In this document: piece by piece, positions 1 to 10,342 of the stretch
How positions within the stretch are numbered: the stretch's first letter is position 1
How the letters are laid out: every line of letters starts with the position of its first letter
Origin: Gammaproteobacteria bacterium
GTDB lineage: Bacteria; Pseudomonadota; Gammaproteobacteria; JAGOUU01
DNA: 64,000 nucleotides
Assembly (NCBI GenBank): GCA_018061105.1
Contig: JAGOUU010000002.1
Span: forward strand, 343 to 64,342
Direction: 5' to 3'
Made by a program: the position numbers and the translations under genes
The notes under the pieces: generated by a model
What the model was told of the DNA's origin: nothing
What the model saw: only the letters and a program-made list of their open reading frames with translations
The model's database searches: none

Positions 1-4
1 GCTT

Positions 5-847
5 GTGCCGAGAATACTAAAACTTACGGCAGACAAGATGGTGGAAGATATTCAAAAAGGAATTTGTTCAAACTACCATATAGTTTTTGAGTGTATTGTT
101 CCAGTGTTGTGTAAAGATTCGTTAACTTTGCAAAATGAACTTATCAGCGAAATGAGGCGTTCTGGTATAGGTGGCTCTGCTGCAGTCATTCGCTATCCAG
201 GGGTGATATCTTATGAGCTTATCCCAGGTGACTCTAATAAACCTAAACGTCGCGGTGATCTTCCAGTCTACACAACTAAAATTGAGCCTGCTAAAAAGGA
301 GAGCGTTAAAATAAGTTTGCTATTGAATTTTGAGCACAGATTTAATCATACTGAACTTGGGAATTTGTTTCAAACAAGGTTTGATCAATATAAGGTGGCA
401 TCCAGAAAAAAATATATTCCAAAATATTTAACAATAATAGCAACAATAATTGGTAATACTCAAGCAAGAAATCCCGCACAAAATTCGTTTGAGATATCGT
501 ATACTGTAATATCTAGGCATATAGTACCATCTGATCTCACATTTCTTAGACATCCGATATGGCTAGAAATTTTAAGATTAGCATCAGATACTATAGTAGA
601 TTTTCGTTTAGGTATCGGTAGTACAGTAAGCGATGAGGCAGGTGTGCTCGTGTTAACTAACGTACCAAGAGACTTCTCTGAAAGTATGCGTGGTTCTATG
701 GCTGGAACTATATCATTAGGAGCTGCAACAAGCACTGTAGGATCAATGTACTCAGGCTCGCATCCACCTCCAGTTGCTCCAGCAGCCGCGCCCTTATCTG
801 AGAAAGCTAAAAAATCTTCAATGTTTGAGCGTCTAGGATTAAAATGA
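5..847 (+). CDS. hypothetical protein, possibly 5'-partial (frame open to window edge; internal ATG at 38)
   Basis: 280-aa ORF with coding-like composition. No motif recognised. Sits where pdhR usually lies upstream of aceE. Ser/Ala/Pro-rich C-terminal tail. Confidence 0.4.
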   Translation: MPRILKLTADKMVEDIQKGICSNYHIVFECIVPVLCKDSLTLQNELISEMRRSGIGGSAAVIRYPGVISYELIPGDSNKPKRRGDLPVYTTKIEPAKKESVKISLLLNFEHRFNHTELGNLFQTRFDQYKVASRKKYIPKYLTIIATIIGNTQARNPAQNSFEISYTVISRHIVPSDLTFLRHPIWLEILRLASDTIVDFRLGIGSTVSDEAGVLVLTNVPRDFSESMRGSMAGTISLGAATSTVGSMYSGSHPPPVAPAAAPLSEKAKKSSMFERLGLK

Positions 848-942
848 CCAGCTTTACAATGCTATGAACGTCTATGAAATTTTGATACAATTTGAATTTG
901 TAGAAATTGTTAGTTATGTAAGCTTGGGAAAAATTATTTTTT

Positions 943-3660
943 ATGACTGCTGATATTGATACTAATGAAACTAAAGAGTGGATTGATGCTTTATTGGCAG
1001 TTATTGAGCAAGATGGCTCAGAACGTGCGCATTTTTTATTAGAACAGCTTATTGATGTAGCCCGTAGAAATGGTGGTTGTTTTATACCCTATAAAGCTAC
1101 AACAGCTTATTTAAATACTATTTCTAAAGCGGCAGAGCCGGTTATGCCTGGCGATCATTCTATTGAGAGCCGTATCCATGCTTATATACGCTGGAACGCC
1201 ATGGCGATAGTTTTAAGAGCTGGTAAAAAGACTTCAGAGCTAGGCGGCCATATCGCCAGCTTTGCATCTTCTGCTACTTTATACGATGTCGGTTTTAACC
1301 ATTTTTTTAAAGCACCATCGGCTAATCATGGCGGTGATTTATTATATATTCAAGGCCATGTATCGCCGGGTATCTATGCTCGCTCTTATTTAGAGGGTCG
1401 AATCTCAGAAGAGCAACTAGATAATTTTCGCCAAGAAGTTGAACAAGACGGTTTGTCGTCTTATCCTCATCCATGGTTGATGTCTAATTATTGGCAATTT
1501 GCGACTGTTTCAATGGGACTTGGGCCTATCCAGGCTATCTATCAAGCCAGATTCTTAAAATATTTACATAATCGTGGCCTTGCTGATACTAGCAATCGCA
1601 AAGTTTGGTGTTTTTGTGGTGATGGTGAAATGGATGAACCTGAGTCTTTAGGAGCTATATCGTTAGCAGGGCGAGAAAAATTAGATAACTTAATTTTTGT
1701 TGTAAACTGTAATCTTCAAAGGCTAGATGGGCCTGTTCGTGGTAACGGCAAAATTATTCAAGAGCTCGAGGGTGTATTCAGGGGAGCCGGGTGGAATGTT
1801 ATCAAAGTCATTTGGGGCAGATATTGGGACCAATTATTAGCCCAAGACGATAAACAGTTATTAATGAAAAGAATGGAAGAGGCTTTGGATGGCGATTATC
1901 AAAATTACAAAGCTCACGGCGGAGCTTATACAAGAGAACATTTTTTTGGCAAATATCCAGAGCTAAAAGCGATGGTAGCTAATATGTCCGATGATGACAT
2001 TTGGCGGCTTAATCGTGGTGGTCACGATCCTAGCAAAGTCTATGCGGCCTATCATGAAGCTGTTAATCACCAAGATCAGCCAACAGTTATTTTAGCAAAA
2101 ACAGTGAAAGGCTTTGGTATGGGGATTGGCTCAGGTGAAGCTGAAAATACAACGCATCAGAAAAAGAAAATGGATTTAGCTAGTATTAAATTGTTTCGTG
2201 ATCGATTTAATATTCCTATTCCAGATTCTGAGTTATCAGATATACCGTTTTATAAGCCTGATGAAGACAGCCCAGAAATTAAATATCTTAAAGGCTGTCG
2301 TGAACGTCTAGGTGGTTATTTACCAGCTCGTCGACAAGAAAGTGACGTTGATCTAGTTATTCCCGACTTAACATCTTTTGATTTCATGCTACAAGGCAGT
2401 GATGATCGTGAGATTTCAACTACGATGGCTTTTGTTCGTATATTAGCGCATTTATTAAAAGATAAAAATCTTAAACAATATATAGTCCCTATTATTCCCG
2501 ATGAAGCTAGAACCTTTGGTATGGAAGGTTTTTTTCGTCAGCTAGGGATCTATTCTTCAGTAGGGCAGTTGTATCAACCTGTAGACTCTAATCAGGTGAT
2601 GTTCTACAAAGAAGATAAAAAAGGCCAATTACTCGAAGAGGGAATTACAGAAGCTGGAGCATTCTCTTCTTGGCTAGCTGCAGCAACTTCTTATAGTAAT
2701 AGCAATATCCCAGTTATACCGTTTTATATTTTTTATTCTATGTTTGGCTTTCAGCGTATTGCTGATTTAGCTTGGGCTGCCGGTGATATGCGAGCACGTG
2801 GATTTTTATTAGGCGCAACAGCTGGTAGAACAACTTTAGCAGGGGAAGGCTTACAGCATTGCGATGGTCATTCCTTGATGATGTCATCAATGGTTCCAAA
2901 TTGTCGTTCGTATGATCCTACGTTTGGTTACGAACTGGCAGTTATTATGCATCATGGCTTACAAGAAATGTATGTTAATAAAAAAAGTATTTATTATTAT
3001 ATCACTTTAATGAATGAAAATTATCTTCATCCACCAGCTAGCGCTGCTAATCAAAATATATCAAAATTAGCCGATGAGATTATCAAGGGGATGTATTTAC
3101 TAAGATCTTCTAATATTAATAATAAAACTAAAACACACAATAAATTAAGACTATTATCATCTGGGACTATTCTAAGAGAAGCTTTAGCTGCTGCTGAAAT
3201 TTTTGAGCAAGAATATAATATATCTACTGAAGTCTATAGCGTAACTAGCTTCACTGAATTAGCACGAGATGGCATGCGTGTAGAGCGCCAAAATAAATTA
3301 AATTTAGCCCAAAATAGTGAATTAGATTACAGCTATATAGAAAAAGTTCTAGTCTCAAGTGCTTCAGGCTCAGGGGACGATTCTCCAGTGATAGCTGTAA
3401 CAGATTATATACGAGCTTATGCTGATCAAATTAGACCGTATTTAAAAAATACTAAGTATATAGTTCTTGGTACTGATGGCTTTGGCCGTAGTGATACCAG
3501 AGTTAAATTACGCCGCTTTTTTGAAGTAGACTCTCACAATATAGTAGTCACAGGTTTAAAAGCTTTATTCGATCAGGGTAAATTATCTCGCGATATAGTT
3601 GCTAATGCGATGAAAAAATATAACATTACTGCTGATAAAATTGAGCCATTTAGTAATTAA
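943..3660 (+). CDS. aceE: pyruvate dehydrogenase E1 component
   Basis: 905 aa, collinear with E. coli AceE (the N-terminus EWIDALLAVIEQDG...ERAHFL resembles the AceE N-terminus), followed by aceF-lpdA. Confidence 0.93.
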   Translation: MTADIDTNETKEWIDALLAVIEQDGSERAHFLLEQLIDVARRNGGCFIPYKATTAYLNTISKAAEPVMPGDHSIESRIHAYIRWNAMAIVLRAGKKTSELGGHIASFASSATLYDVGFNHFFKAPSANHGGDLLYIQGHVSPGIYARSYLEGRISEEQLDNFRQEVEQDGLSSYPHPWLMSNYWQFATVSMGLGPIQAIYQARFLKYLHNRGLADTSNRKVWCFCGDGEMDEPESLGAISLAGREKLDNLIFVVNCNLQRLDGPVRGNGKIIQELEGVFRGAGWNVIKVIWGRYWDQLLAQDDKQLLMKRMEEALDGDYQNYKAHGGAYTREHFFGKYPELKAMVANMSDDDIWRLNRGGHDPSKVYAAYHEAVNHQDQPTVILAKTVKGFGMGIGSGEAENTTHQKKKMDLASIKLFRDRFNIPIPDSELSDIPFYKPDEDSPEIKYLKGCRERLGGYLPARRQESDVDLVIPDLTSFDFMLQGSDDREISTTMAFVRILAHLLKDKNLKQYIVPIIPDEARTFGMEGFFRQLGIYSSVGQLYQPVDSNQVMFYKEDKKGQLLEEGITEAGAFSSWLAAATSYSNSNIPVIPFYIFYSMFGFQRIADLAWAAGDMRARGFLLGATAGRTTLAGEGLQHCDGHSLMMSSMVPNCRSYDPTFGYELAVIMHHGLQEMYVNKKSIYYYITLMNENYLHPPASAANQNISKLADEIIKGMYLLRSSNINNKTKTHNKLRLLSSGTILREALAAAEIFEQEYNISTEVYSVTSFTELARDGMRVERQNKLNLAQNSELDYSYIEKVLVSSASGSGDDSPVIAVTDYIRAYADQIRPYLKNTKYIVLGTDGFGRSDTRVKLRRFFEVDSHNIVVTGLKALFDQGKLSRDIVANAMKKYNITADKIEPFSN

Positions 3661-3705
3661 TAATAATTTCTAGTTTAAATAATTTATTTAATTGAGGATC
3701 CTGGT

Positions 3706-5316
3706 TTGTCTGATTTATCAAATTTACCAAATCAACAGGTAGCGGTTCCTGATATTGGGACTGATGGCCCTGTCAAAGTTATTGAAGTAAACGTTAAGAT
3801 CGGTGATACAATTACGCTGGAAGATCCGCTTATAACTTTAGAATCTGAAAAAGCTTCTATGGAAATACCTGCGCCAGCAGCGGGGGTGGTGCAAAGTCTT
3901 TCAGTAAAAGTTGGAGATTCTGTAAGCACAGGCAGTATAATCTTGACACTTAAGCCTTTAGCTTCTGAGTCAAATTCTGGGGCAAGTCTTGAACCAGAGC
4001 CGGTATCAATGCCAGCTGCGGAGTTAGAAAATTTGCCGCCTAAATCAAAACTCCAGACCCCTGAGCTTGAAACTATAGTTGTTCCAGATATTGGAACTGC
4101 TGCTGCTGTTAAAGTTATAGAAATCAATGTAGCCATAGGCGATACAATAAACCCAGAAGATACATTGATAACTTTAGAGTCTGAAAAAGCCTCCATGGAA
4201 ATACCTGCACCTGTTGCAGGTATTGTTAAGAATATATTAATTAAAGTAGGTGATCAGGTTTCTACCGGCAGTGCTATTTTAACTGTTTTGACTGTTTTAA
4301 CGTCAGTTTCAGGCGAACCTGAAATTAAAAAAACCATAGAATTAATTGAACCTAAAAAAACAAACGCTCCTGCGCCGGCGTCTGTGTTTTCTACTACTCA
4401 AAATACAAAAAATATTTATGCCTCACCAGCTATACGACGCTTTGCTAATGAATTAGGCGTAGATCTTACCAGGATCATGGGATCAGGGCGCAAACACCGA
4501 ATAGTTAAGCAAGACATAGAACAATATGTAAAAACTGAATTAGCCAAAACTCAAAATTCAAATTCTAAAACAGAAACTAAAGTGTTTCCTGATTTACCTG
4601 TTATAGATTTTTCAAAATTTGGTGAAATCAGCACGAACCCACTAACAAGAATTCAAAAGTTATCTGCGACTAATTTGCATCGTAATTGGTCGATGATCCC
4701 ACATGTGACCCAATTTGATGAAGCTGATATAACTGATCTTGAAGATTTTCGCTTAAAATATAAAAAACAGGCTGAAGCAAAAGGCTATAAATTAACGCCG
4801 TTAGTTTTTCTCATGAAAGCTGCTGCCCAGGCTCTGAAATCTTTGCCTAAATTTAACGTTTCTCTTTCAGCGGATGGTAATAATTTTATTCAAAAACATT
4901 ATTTCCATATAGGTGTAGCTGTCGATACGCCTAATGGCTTAGTTGTACCTGTTATCAAAAATGTTGATCAAAAAGGGTTGTTTCAATTAGCTCAAGAGCT
5001 TGCTGAATTAAGTCAAAAAGCACGTGATGGTAAATTAACGCCAAAAGAAATGCAAGGTAGTTGTTTTACCATTTCTAGTTTAGGTGGTATTGGTGGTACA
5101 GCTTTTACACCTATTATTAATTACCCTGATGTGGCTATTTTAGGTGTATCACGATCGCAGTATAAGCCTGTGTATATTAATAACAATTTTGTGCCCAGAT
5201 TAATGCTGCCGTTATCGCTATCTTATGATCATCGTGCTATTGATGGCGCTGATGGTGCACGGTTTATTACTTTATTTAGTCAATTATTAGGCGATATATC
5301 GCAATTATTATTATAG
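3706..5316 (+). CDS. aceF: dihydrolipoamide acetyltransferase E2 of pyruvate dehydrogenase
   Basis: Two lipoyl domains (LESEKASMEIPAP twice), an E3-binding domain, and the catalytic DHRAIDGA motif. TTG start. Confidence 0.9.
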   Translation: MSDLSNLPNQQVAVPDIGTDGPVKVIEVNVKIGDTITLEDPLITLESEKASMEIPAPAAGVVQSLSVKVGDSVSTGSIILTLKPLASESNSGASLEPEPVSMPAAELENLPPKSKLQTPELETIVVPDIGTAAAVKVIEINVAIGDTINPEDTLITLESEKASMEIPAPVAGIVKNILIKVGDQVSTGSAILTVLTVLTSVSGEPEIKKTIELIEPKKTNAPAPASVFSTTQNTKNIYASPAIRRFANELGVDLTRIMGSGRKHRIVKQDIEQYVKTELAKTQNSNSKTETKVFPDLPVIDFSKFGEISTNPLTRIQKLSATNLHRNWSMIPHVTQFDEADITDLEDFRLKYKKQAEAKGYKLTPLVFLMKAAAQALKSLPKFNVSLSADGNNFIQKHYFHIGVAVDTPNGLVVPVIKNVDQKGLFQLAQELAELSQKARDGKLTPKEMQGSCFTISSLGGIGGTAFTPIINYPDVAILGVSRSQYKPVYINNNFVPRLMLPLSLSYDHRAIDGADGARFITLFSQLLGDISQLLL

Positions 5317-5332
5317 TGGGAGTGGATAAAAT

Positions 5333-6769
5333 ATGGCAAATAATATTAATACTATAGATACTGATTTGGTAGTTTTAGGTAGTGGCCCCGGTGGCTACAG
5401 TGCTGCATTTAGAGCAGCTGATCTAGGTATTAACACTGTACTAGTAGAAAGATATCCTACTCTTGGAGGTGTTTGCCTAAATGTAGGTTGTATACCATCG
5501 AAAGCTTTATTACATACTGCAAAAGTCTTAGATGAAACAGCGCATTTATCAAATCAAGGTGTTGATTTTGGTAAGCCAAAAGTAGACATTAGAAAATTAC
5601 ATAATTGGGTCAGTAAAGACGTTGTAGGTAAATTAACCACTGGTCTTAAAATGATGGCGTCTAAACGTAAAGTACAAGTAGTAGAGGGCGTGGGTAGTTT
5701 TGCAAGTCCCAATAGCTTAGTAGTAGGTGATACGACTATTAATTTTAAGAATGCTATTATTGCAGCAGGATCGTCGCCTGTAAAATTACCTTTTTTACCG
5801 CAAGATCCGAGAATTATAGACTCTACAGGTGCTTTAAAACTTGAAGATATTCCTGAAAAAATGCTGGTTATAGGTGGGGGAATCATTGGTCTTGAAATGG
5901 CAACAGTTTATTCTACACTAGGTTCTAAAGTTACAATAGTAGAAATGCTGGAAGGTTTAATGGGAGGATTAGATAAAGATCTTGTTAGGCCTCTGCAGAA
6001 AACTCTCGAGAAAAAGTTGGAAAAAATATATTTAAATACCAAAGTCACCAAAGTAGAAGCTAAACCTGATGGTTTATGGGTTACTATGGAAGCTATGGAA
6101 TCTATGGAAGGTAAAGACGCTGGTGCGCCTACGGAGTCAGTTAAATACGACCGTATTTTAGTAAGCACAGGTAGAGTACCTAATGGTAAAACACTAGGTG
6201 CAGAGAAAGCTGGCGTCAAAGTAGATGAAAGAGGCTTTATAGCTGTTGACAATCAGCAGCGCACCAATGTTGCTCATATTTATGCTATTGGTGACATAGT
6301 AGGTAATCCTATGTTAGCACACAAGGCTATTCCAGAAGGCCGTTTAGCAGCGGAAGTTATAGCGGGTAAAAAACACTTTTTTGAAGCGAAAGTTATACCG
6401 TCAGTTGCCTACACTGATCCGGAAGTTGCTTGGGTGGGTATAATGGAGTCAGAGGCTAAAGAACAAGGGTTAGAATACGGTGTTGGTAAATTTCCTTGGG
6501 CAGCGAGCGGCCGATCATTAGCACAAGGTCGTAATGAAGGTTTGACTAAACTAATTTTTGATAAAAACACGCATAGATTACTCGGTGCAGGGATCGTTGG
6601 TCCAGGTGCGGGTGAATTAATCGCTGAGGCGACTTTAGCTATTGAAATGGGCTGTGACGCTGAAGACATTGCATTGACTATTCATCCTCATCCGACTGTA
6701 TCGGAGACTATTGCTTTAGCTACAGAAGTTTTTGAAGGGACTGTTACGGATTTGTATCTAGGTAGATAA
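5333..6769 (+). CDS. lpdA: dihydrolipoyl dehydrogenase E3
   Basis: FAD-binding GSGPGGY motif, redox-active GGVCLNVGCIPSK disulfide, 478 aa. Confidence 0.93.
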   Translation: MANNINTIDTDLVVLGSGPGGYSAAFRAADLGINTVLVERYPTLGGVCLNVGCIPSKALLHTAKVLDETAHLSNQGVDFGKPKVDIRKLHNWVSKDVVGKLTTGLKMMASKRKVQVVEGVGSFASPNSLVVGDTTINFKNAIIAAGSSPVKLPFLPQDPRIIDSTGALKLEDIPEKMLVIGGGIIGLEMATVYSTLGSKVTIVEMLEGLMGGLDKDLVRPLQKTLEKKLEKIYLNTKVTKVEAKPDGLWVTMEAMESMEGKDAGAPTESVKYDRILVSTGRVPNGKTLGAEKAGVKVDERGFIAVDNQQRTNVAHIYAIGDIVGNPMLAHKAIPEGRLAAEVIAGKKHFFEAKVIPSVAYTDPEVAWVGIMESEAKEQGLEYGVGKFPWAASGRSLAQGRNEGLTKLIFDKNTHRLLGAGIVGPGAGELIAEATLAIEMGCDAEDIALTIHPHPTVSETIALATEVFEGTVTDLYLGR

Positions 6770-8101
6770 GTTTGGTGAATCTGGTTTTGATGCTGCTTCA
6801 ATATCTGCAAGATCTGTAGTCGAAGTAGCTTTTGAAAACTGAACAGGGTTTTCAACACAGCTTTTTTGAAAAAGCTGTGCAGTGGTCGTAAAAATTTTAT
6901 AAAGCAGTTTTGAGATAATAGTTTTTATCAGCAATAAATACTTAATACCAATATTTAGCATATAAACAGGCACAGAAACTACCTGCATGAATAATGTAAA
7001 TAGTAATCTGCTTATACGTCTAGTTTCTTTTCTAACGTCCGTAATATTTTCAATTTTAAGATCATGAGTTGTTGCATGATGGCCAGCGATACAATTTTTA
7101 TGACAGTCTAAAATATTATAAGTATCGGCAATTTTAGAACTTAATCTATACAAGCTACTTCGAGGTGGTACCCAAGTACCATATAGGCTCACTTTGTCTC
7201 TTTTTTGAATAACTATATTTACAGGTTGGATTGTGCTTTTATCTTTTGTATGTTCTTCGTAGGTTTTTTTTGCCTTAGATAACAAAAATGCTGGGTTCAC
7301 TGCCCTGACAGCTACGAGATCAGGTTGATTAATATGTGCATGCATAGATAAGGAGCCACCTAAGCTCATGCCTGTGGCAATCACGGATCTAGTAACAGTT
7401 GCATTTGCTGTGATCCAATCTTGAATTTGTTTTTTACCTAGGTTGTATAATGTCTCTCCAGTACTTCTCATTGGTACCAAGTCAGTTCTAAATGTATGCC
7501 AACCCCCAGAGCAGGTTGGAATAGGGTTTGTGCCTCCAAATAATAGTAGGGCGTGGGCTTTTGGTTGATCAATAGGTTTGCATCCATAGGCATAATACGG
7601 CGAACCTACCAAATCAGAGGTCATAGGTATTTTTTCGGTTTTGTATTTAACTTGAATCCAGTTTCCATCTATAAGTTGAGGAACAATAATTTCAGTACCA
7701 TCCTTAGGCTCTGTGAATGGTATTATCGACAAAGCAAAATCAATAATAAATTTTAGTTGTAGAGGTTCTTTATTATCATCAGAATATTTAAAAGCTGTTT
7801 TATGCAACTCATGAGTTAAATGATAATGAGCATTATCTAAAATTTCTGATAGCCCATCGCGAAAGCCATCAAAAAATTCTTCGCTTTTTTTAAAGAGAAG
7901 GTTTTTTACTAGGGTCCAGGTTGGGATTTCCCCTAAAACAGGTTCATGACTAAATAATAGCTTACAAATCTTGCGCCCTATTAATTGATCAGAAGTAAAA
8001 CTGGGGGAGCCAGGTGCTGCATGATCATGGAATAACGGAGCCCCGTGTCCTTCTATAAATTTGCGTAAGCTAGTTGGGTTAGTAACTGCCGGCTTGGTCA
8101 T
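6758..8101 (-). CDS. serine hydrolase / lipase-esterase-like protein with C-terminal hydrophobic segment (effector candidate)
   Basis: GXSXG nucleophile elbow (ATGMSLGGSL), LLLFGGT oxyanion-hole-like region, His-rich catalytic region, and a hydrophobic stretch near the C-terminus. Overlaps the lpdA stop by 12 bp, convergently. Confidence 0.55.
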   Translation of the reverse strand: MTKPAVTNPTSLRKFIEGHGAPLFHDHAAPGSPSFTSDQLIGRKICKLLFSHEPVLGEIPTWTLVKNLLFKKSEEFFDGFRDGLSEILDNAHYHLTHELHKTAFKYSDDNKEPLQLKFIIDFALSIIPFTEPKDGTEIIVPQLIDGNWIQVKYKTEKIPMTSDLVGSPYYAYGCKPIDQPKAHALLLFGGTNPIPTCSGGWHTFRTDLVPMRSTGETLYNLGKKQIQDWITANATVTRSVIATGMSLGGSLSMHAHINQPDLVAVRAVNPAFLLSKAKKTYEEHTKDKSTIQPVNIVIQKRDKVSLYGTWVPPRSSLYRLSSKIADTYNILDCHKNCIAGHHATTHDLKIENITDVRKETRRISRLLFTLFMQVVSVPVYMLNIGIKYLLLIKTIISKLLYKIFTTTAQLFQKSCVENPVQFSKATSTTDLADIEAASKPDSPNLST

Positions 8102-8263
8102 GTACTTGGTTTCTTATCGCATGTCTATTTACAGCATAGATTACCAGAATTATATGAATACAAGATTAATGTAAAACATATTATAAATCAAATTATTAAA
8201 ATGTTAATTCAATCTTAATAAATGGTTGCTATATTGTAATTATAAAATAAAAAAGAGGTTTAT

Positions 8264-8749
8264 ATGACTGAAGATTTAATTCCAGGTTCAGAAATGGGGG
8301 CGGGCGGAATAGGTGGGGCAAGCGATAAAAACGACTCTGGCTCTACTAAAGTAGCTAAAGAGGGGGGATCAATGGCTTTGCAAGCTGAAGGAGTGCCTAA
8401 ACCTATTGCAGACAAAGTCAGTAGCTTTGCTGTAGATGAAGCTCAGAAACAAAGCCTCGGTAACCGCTTAAAAGCAGGGACAGCTGCAGTGGGTAAACTT
8501 GTAGATGCATGGGGGGGGGCAAGCTCTGAAGCTGAAGAAGAGATCGCGAAGCAAACCACAAAAGATATGCAGGAAGCTATAAAAGAACTAGCTGAAACTG
8601 CATCTAAGTTAGCTAGCGGAAAAGTTGGCCGTGATTTAGCAATGGGAGCTAGTCCAGATGAGCCAGAATCAGATGAGCCAGAATCAGATGCTGATATGAG
8701 TTCTAAAAAAACCAAACAAGCTAAACCACGCTCACCGTTAGGTGATTAA
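8264..8749 (+). CDS. hypothetical acidic Gly/Ala-rich protein
   Basis: 161-aa ORF with a good Shine-Dalgarno sequence (aaaagagg). Relatively GC-rich, PESDEPESD repeat, and an in-frame G9 homopolymer. Confidence 0.5.
   Translation: MTEDLIPGSEMGAGGIGGASDKNDSGSTKVAKEGGSMALQAEGVPKPIADKVSSFAVDEAQKQSLGNRLKAGTAAVGKLVDAWGGASSEAEEEIAKQTTKDMQEAIKELAETASKLASGKVGRDLAMGASPDEPESDEPESDADMSSKKTKQAKPRSPLGD
8511..8519 (+). repeat. G9 homopolymeric tract inside a CDS
   Basis: Nine consecutive G, read directly from the sequence. Encodes W-G-G within the 8264..8749 ORF. Confidence 0.9.
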
Positions 8750-9351
8750 TGGAGATCTTGGGAGTATGTATAAGCCCCGTGGGTCTCTATGAGTTTAATC
8801 TTAGCCGATTCATCAGCTTGTAGTTCTTGCAAAAAGGCGTGAATTGCAAGTTGACAAGTTATATTAGGATCGAATATTTGATTGAGTTGTTCTTGTGTTA
8901 AACTTGTTAGTTTAGGGATAACATGCCATTCAATAGTAAGATTCTCTGTATGAGTCAGTGCTACTAGCTCTCGGGCGGTCTCTTTAATTAATTCAGCATT
9001 TTGATCTAGGTGCTGTAACGTATATAATTGAATAGTGCAACCAGTTGGATCTAAACCATCTTGTAATAAGTGATTAATAAGCATGGGGACTTGCCGCAAG
9101 AGTTCCTTAGCATTAGTTTGGGTGTGCAAAGGAGCTTTAAGATTATGGATTGGAGTAAATAAAATTTGTAAAGTATCTTTTGGAGTTAAAAATTCTAAAG
9201 GCTTTAAATTAGAGCCATATTGGACGACCATAGTTGTATTTTCAGTGCCTTTGATACTTGCGCATCTGAACTTGGCAAAAGCATGAGCAAGTTGTTGGCT
9301 TAGCACATTTTCTTGCCCTGTATGTGGTATGTATATTACATGCGTATTCAT
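8746..9351 (-). CDS. hypothetical protein
   Basis: 201-aa ORF. No motif recognised. Confidence 0.4.
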   Translation of the reverse strand: MNTHVIYIPHTGQENVLSQQLAHAFAKFRCASIKGTENTTMVVQYGSNLKPLEFLTPKDTLQILFTPIHNLKAPLHTQTNAKELLRQVPMLINHLLQDGLDPTGCTIQLYTLQHLDQNAELIKETARELVALTHTENLTIEWHVIPKLTSLTQEQLNQIFDPNITCQLAIHAFLQELQADESAKIKLIETHGAYTYSQDLH

Positions 9352-9449
9352 AAAAATTTTTTATATCTGCCATAAGTAAAACTTTTGACAATAGAATATT
9401 TTAAAAGTTCCCTAAAATTAACTTGAATATTTAACTATAATATTTTGAT

Positions 9450-10238
9450 ATGATTCACTTTTCTCATGCTAATGGCTTTCCAGCTGAAACCTATCACCAA
9501 ATAATTAAAAGATTAAAAAACTTCACCGAGGTAGGTTACATAAACCGTCTAGGTCATGACCCTAATTATCCTGTTGTAGATAATTGGTGGACCTTAGTAA
9601 ATGAATCTTTGGACTATATTAGTACTAATTATGATCAGCCAGTTATTGCAGTAGGGCATTCTTTAGGTGGGGTATTATCTTATTTTGGCTGTTTAAAACA
9701 ACCAGAATTATTTAAAGCAGTAGTGTTATTAGACGCGCCTATTTATGGTTACCGGAAGATCATTTTTTTAAATATGTTAAAAAAATTAAAATTAATGGAT
9801 TATGTTACTCCAGCCAAAGTAACTAAATCTAGACGTATGACGTGGCCTTCGCATCAAGCAGCTTTTGAGCATTTTAGAACCAAAAAAGTGTTTAAATATT
9901 TTGATGATAGTTGTTTGAAAGATTATATTTCTTATGGTACAGAGCTAGTTGATAAAGATAGTAGTGAAATAAGATTAATTTTTGACCCATCTATAGAATT
10001 AGAGATTTATCGTACTTTGCCTACTGTACATATTGCAAAATTACCGAATAATATCGCATGTAGTTTAATTTATGGGGAATATAGTAATGTCATTAGGCCT
10101 AACGATGTTAAAGTCATGGCTCAAGATTATGATATATCATGTTATAAAATGTTAAAGTGTGGTCATCTTTTTCCGTTTGAGAAGCCTGAAGAAACTGTTA
10201 GAAAAATCATTCAATCTATGGAGTTACTGAGAAATTAG
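9450..10238 (+). CDS. alpha/beta-fold hydrolase
   Basis: GHSLGG nucleophile motif, 262 aa. Confidence 0.6.
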   Translation: MIHFSHANGFPAETYHQIIKRLKNFTEVGYINRLGHDPNYPVVDNWWTLVNESLDYISTNYDQPVIAVGHSLGGVLSYFGCLKQPELFKAVVLLDAPIYGYRKIIFLNMLKKLKLMDYVTPAKVTKSRRMTWPSHQAAFEHFRTKKVFKYFDDSCLKDYISYGTELVDKDSSEIRLIFDPSIELEIYRTLPTVHIAKLPNNIACSLIYGEYSNVIRPNDVKVMAQDYDISCYKMLKCGHLFPFEKPEETVRKIIQSMELLRN

Positions 10239-10342
10239 CTATAGCTAATTTGAAATAATTTTGCTAATTTAAAATTGCAAGAGAAATAATTGTTGTAAAA
10301 ATTGTTTAAAGTTGTTTTTGGAACGTCAAGGAGGACTATCCA

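Noticed and set aside
3732-4196. 154-aa minus-strand ORF inside aceF
   Set aside because: Antisense to a confidently identified gene. Low-complexity translation produced by the lipoyl-domain repeat.
5554-6669. Three minus-strand ORFs (110, 114, 86 aa) inside lpdA
   Set aside because: Antisense shadow ORFs of a conserved gene. No start context.
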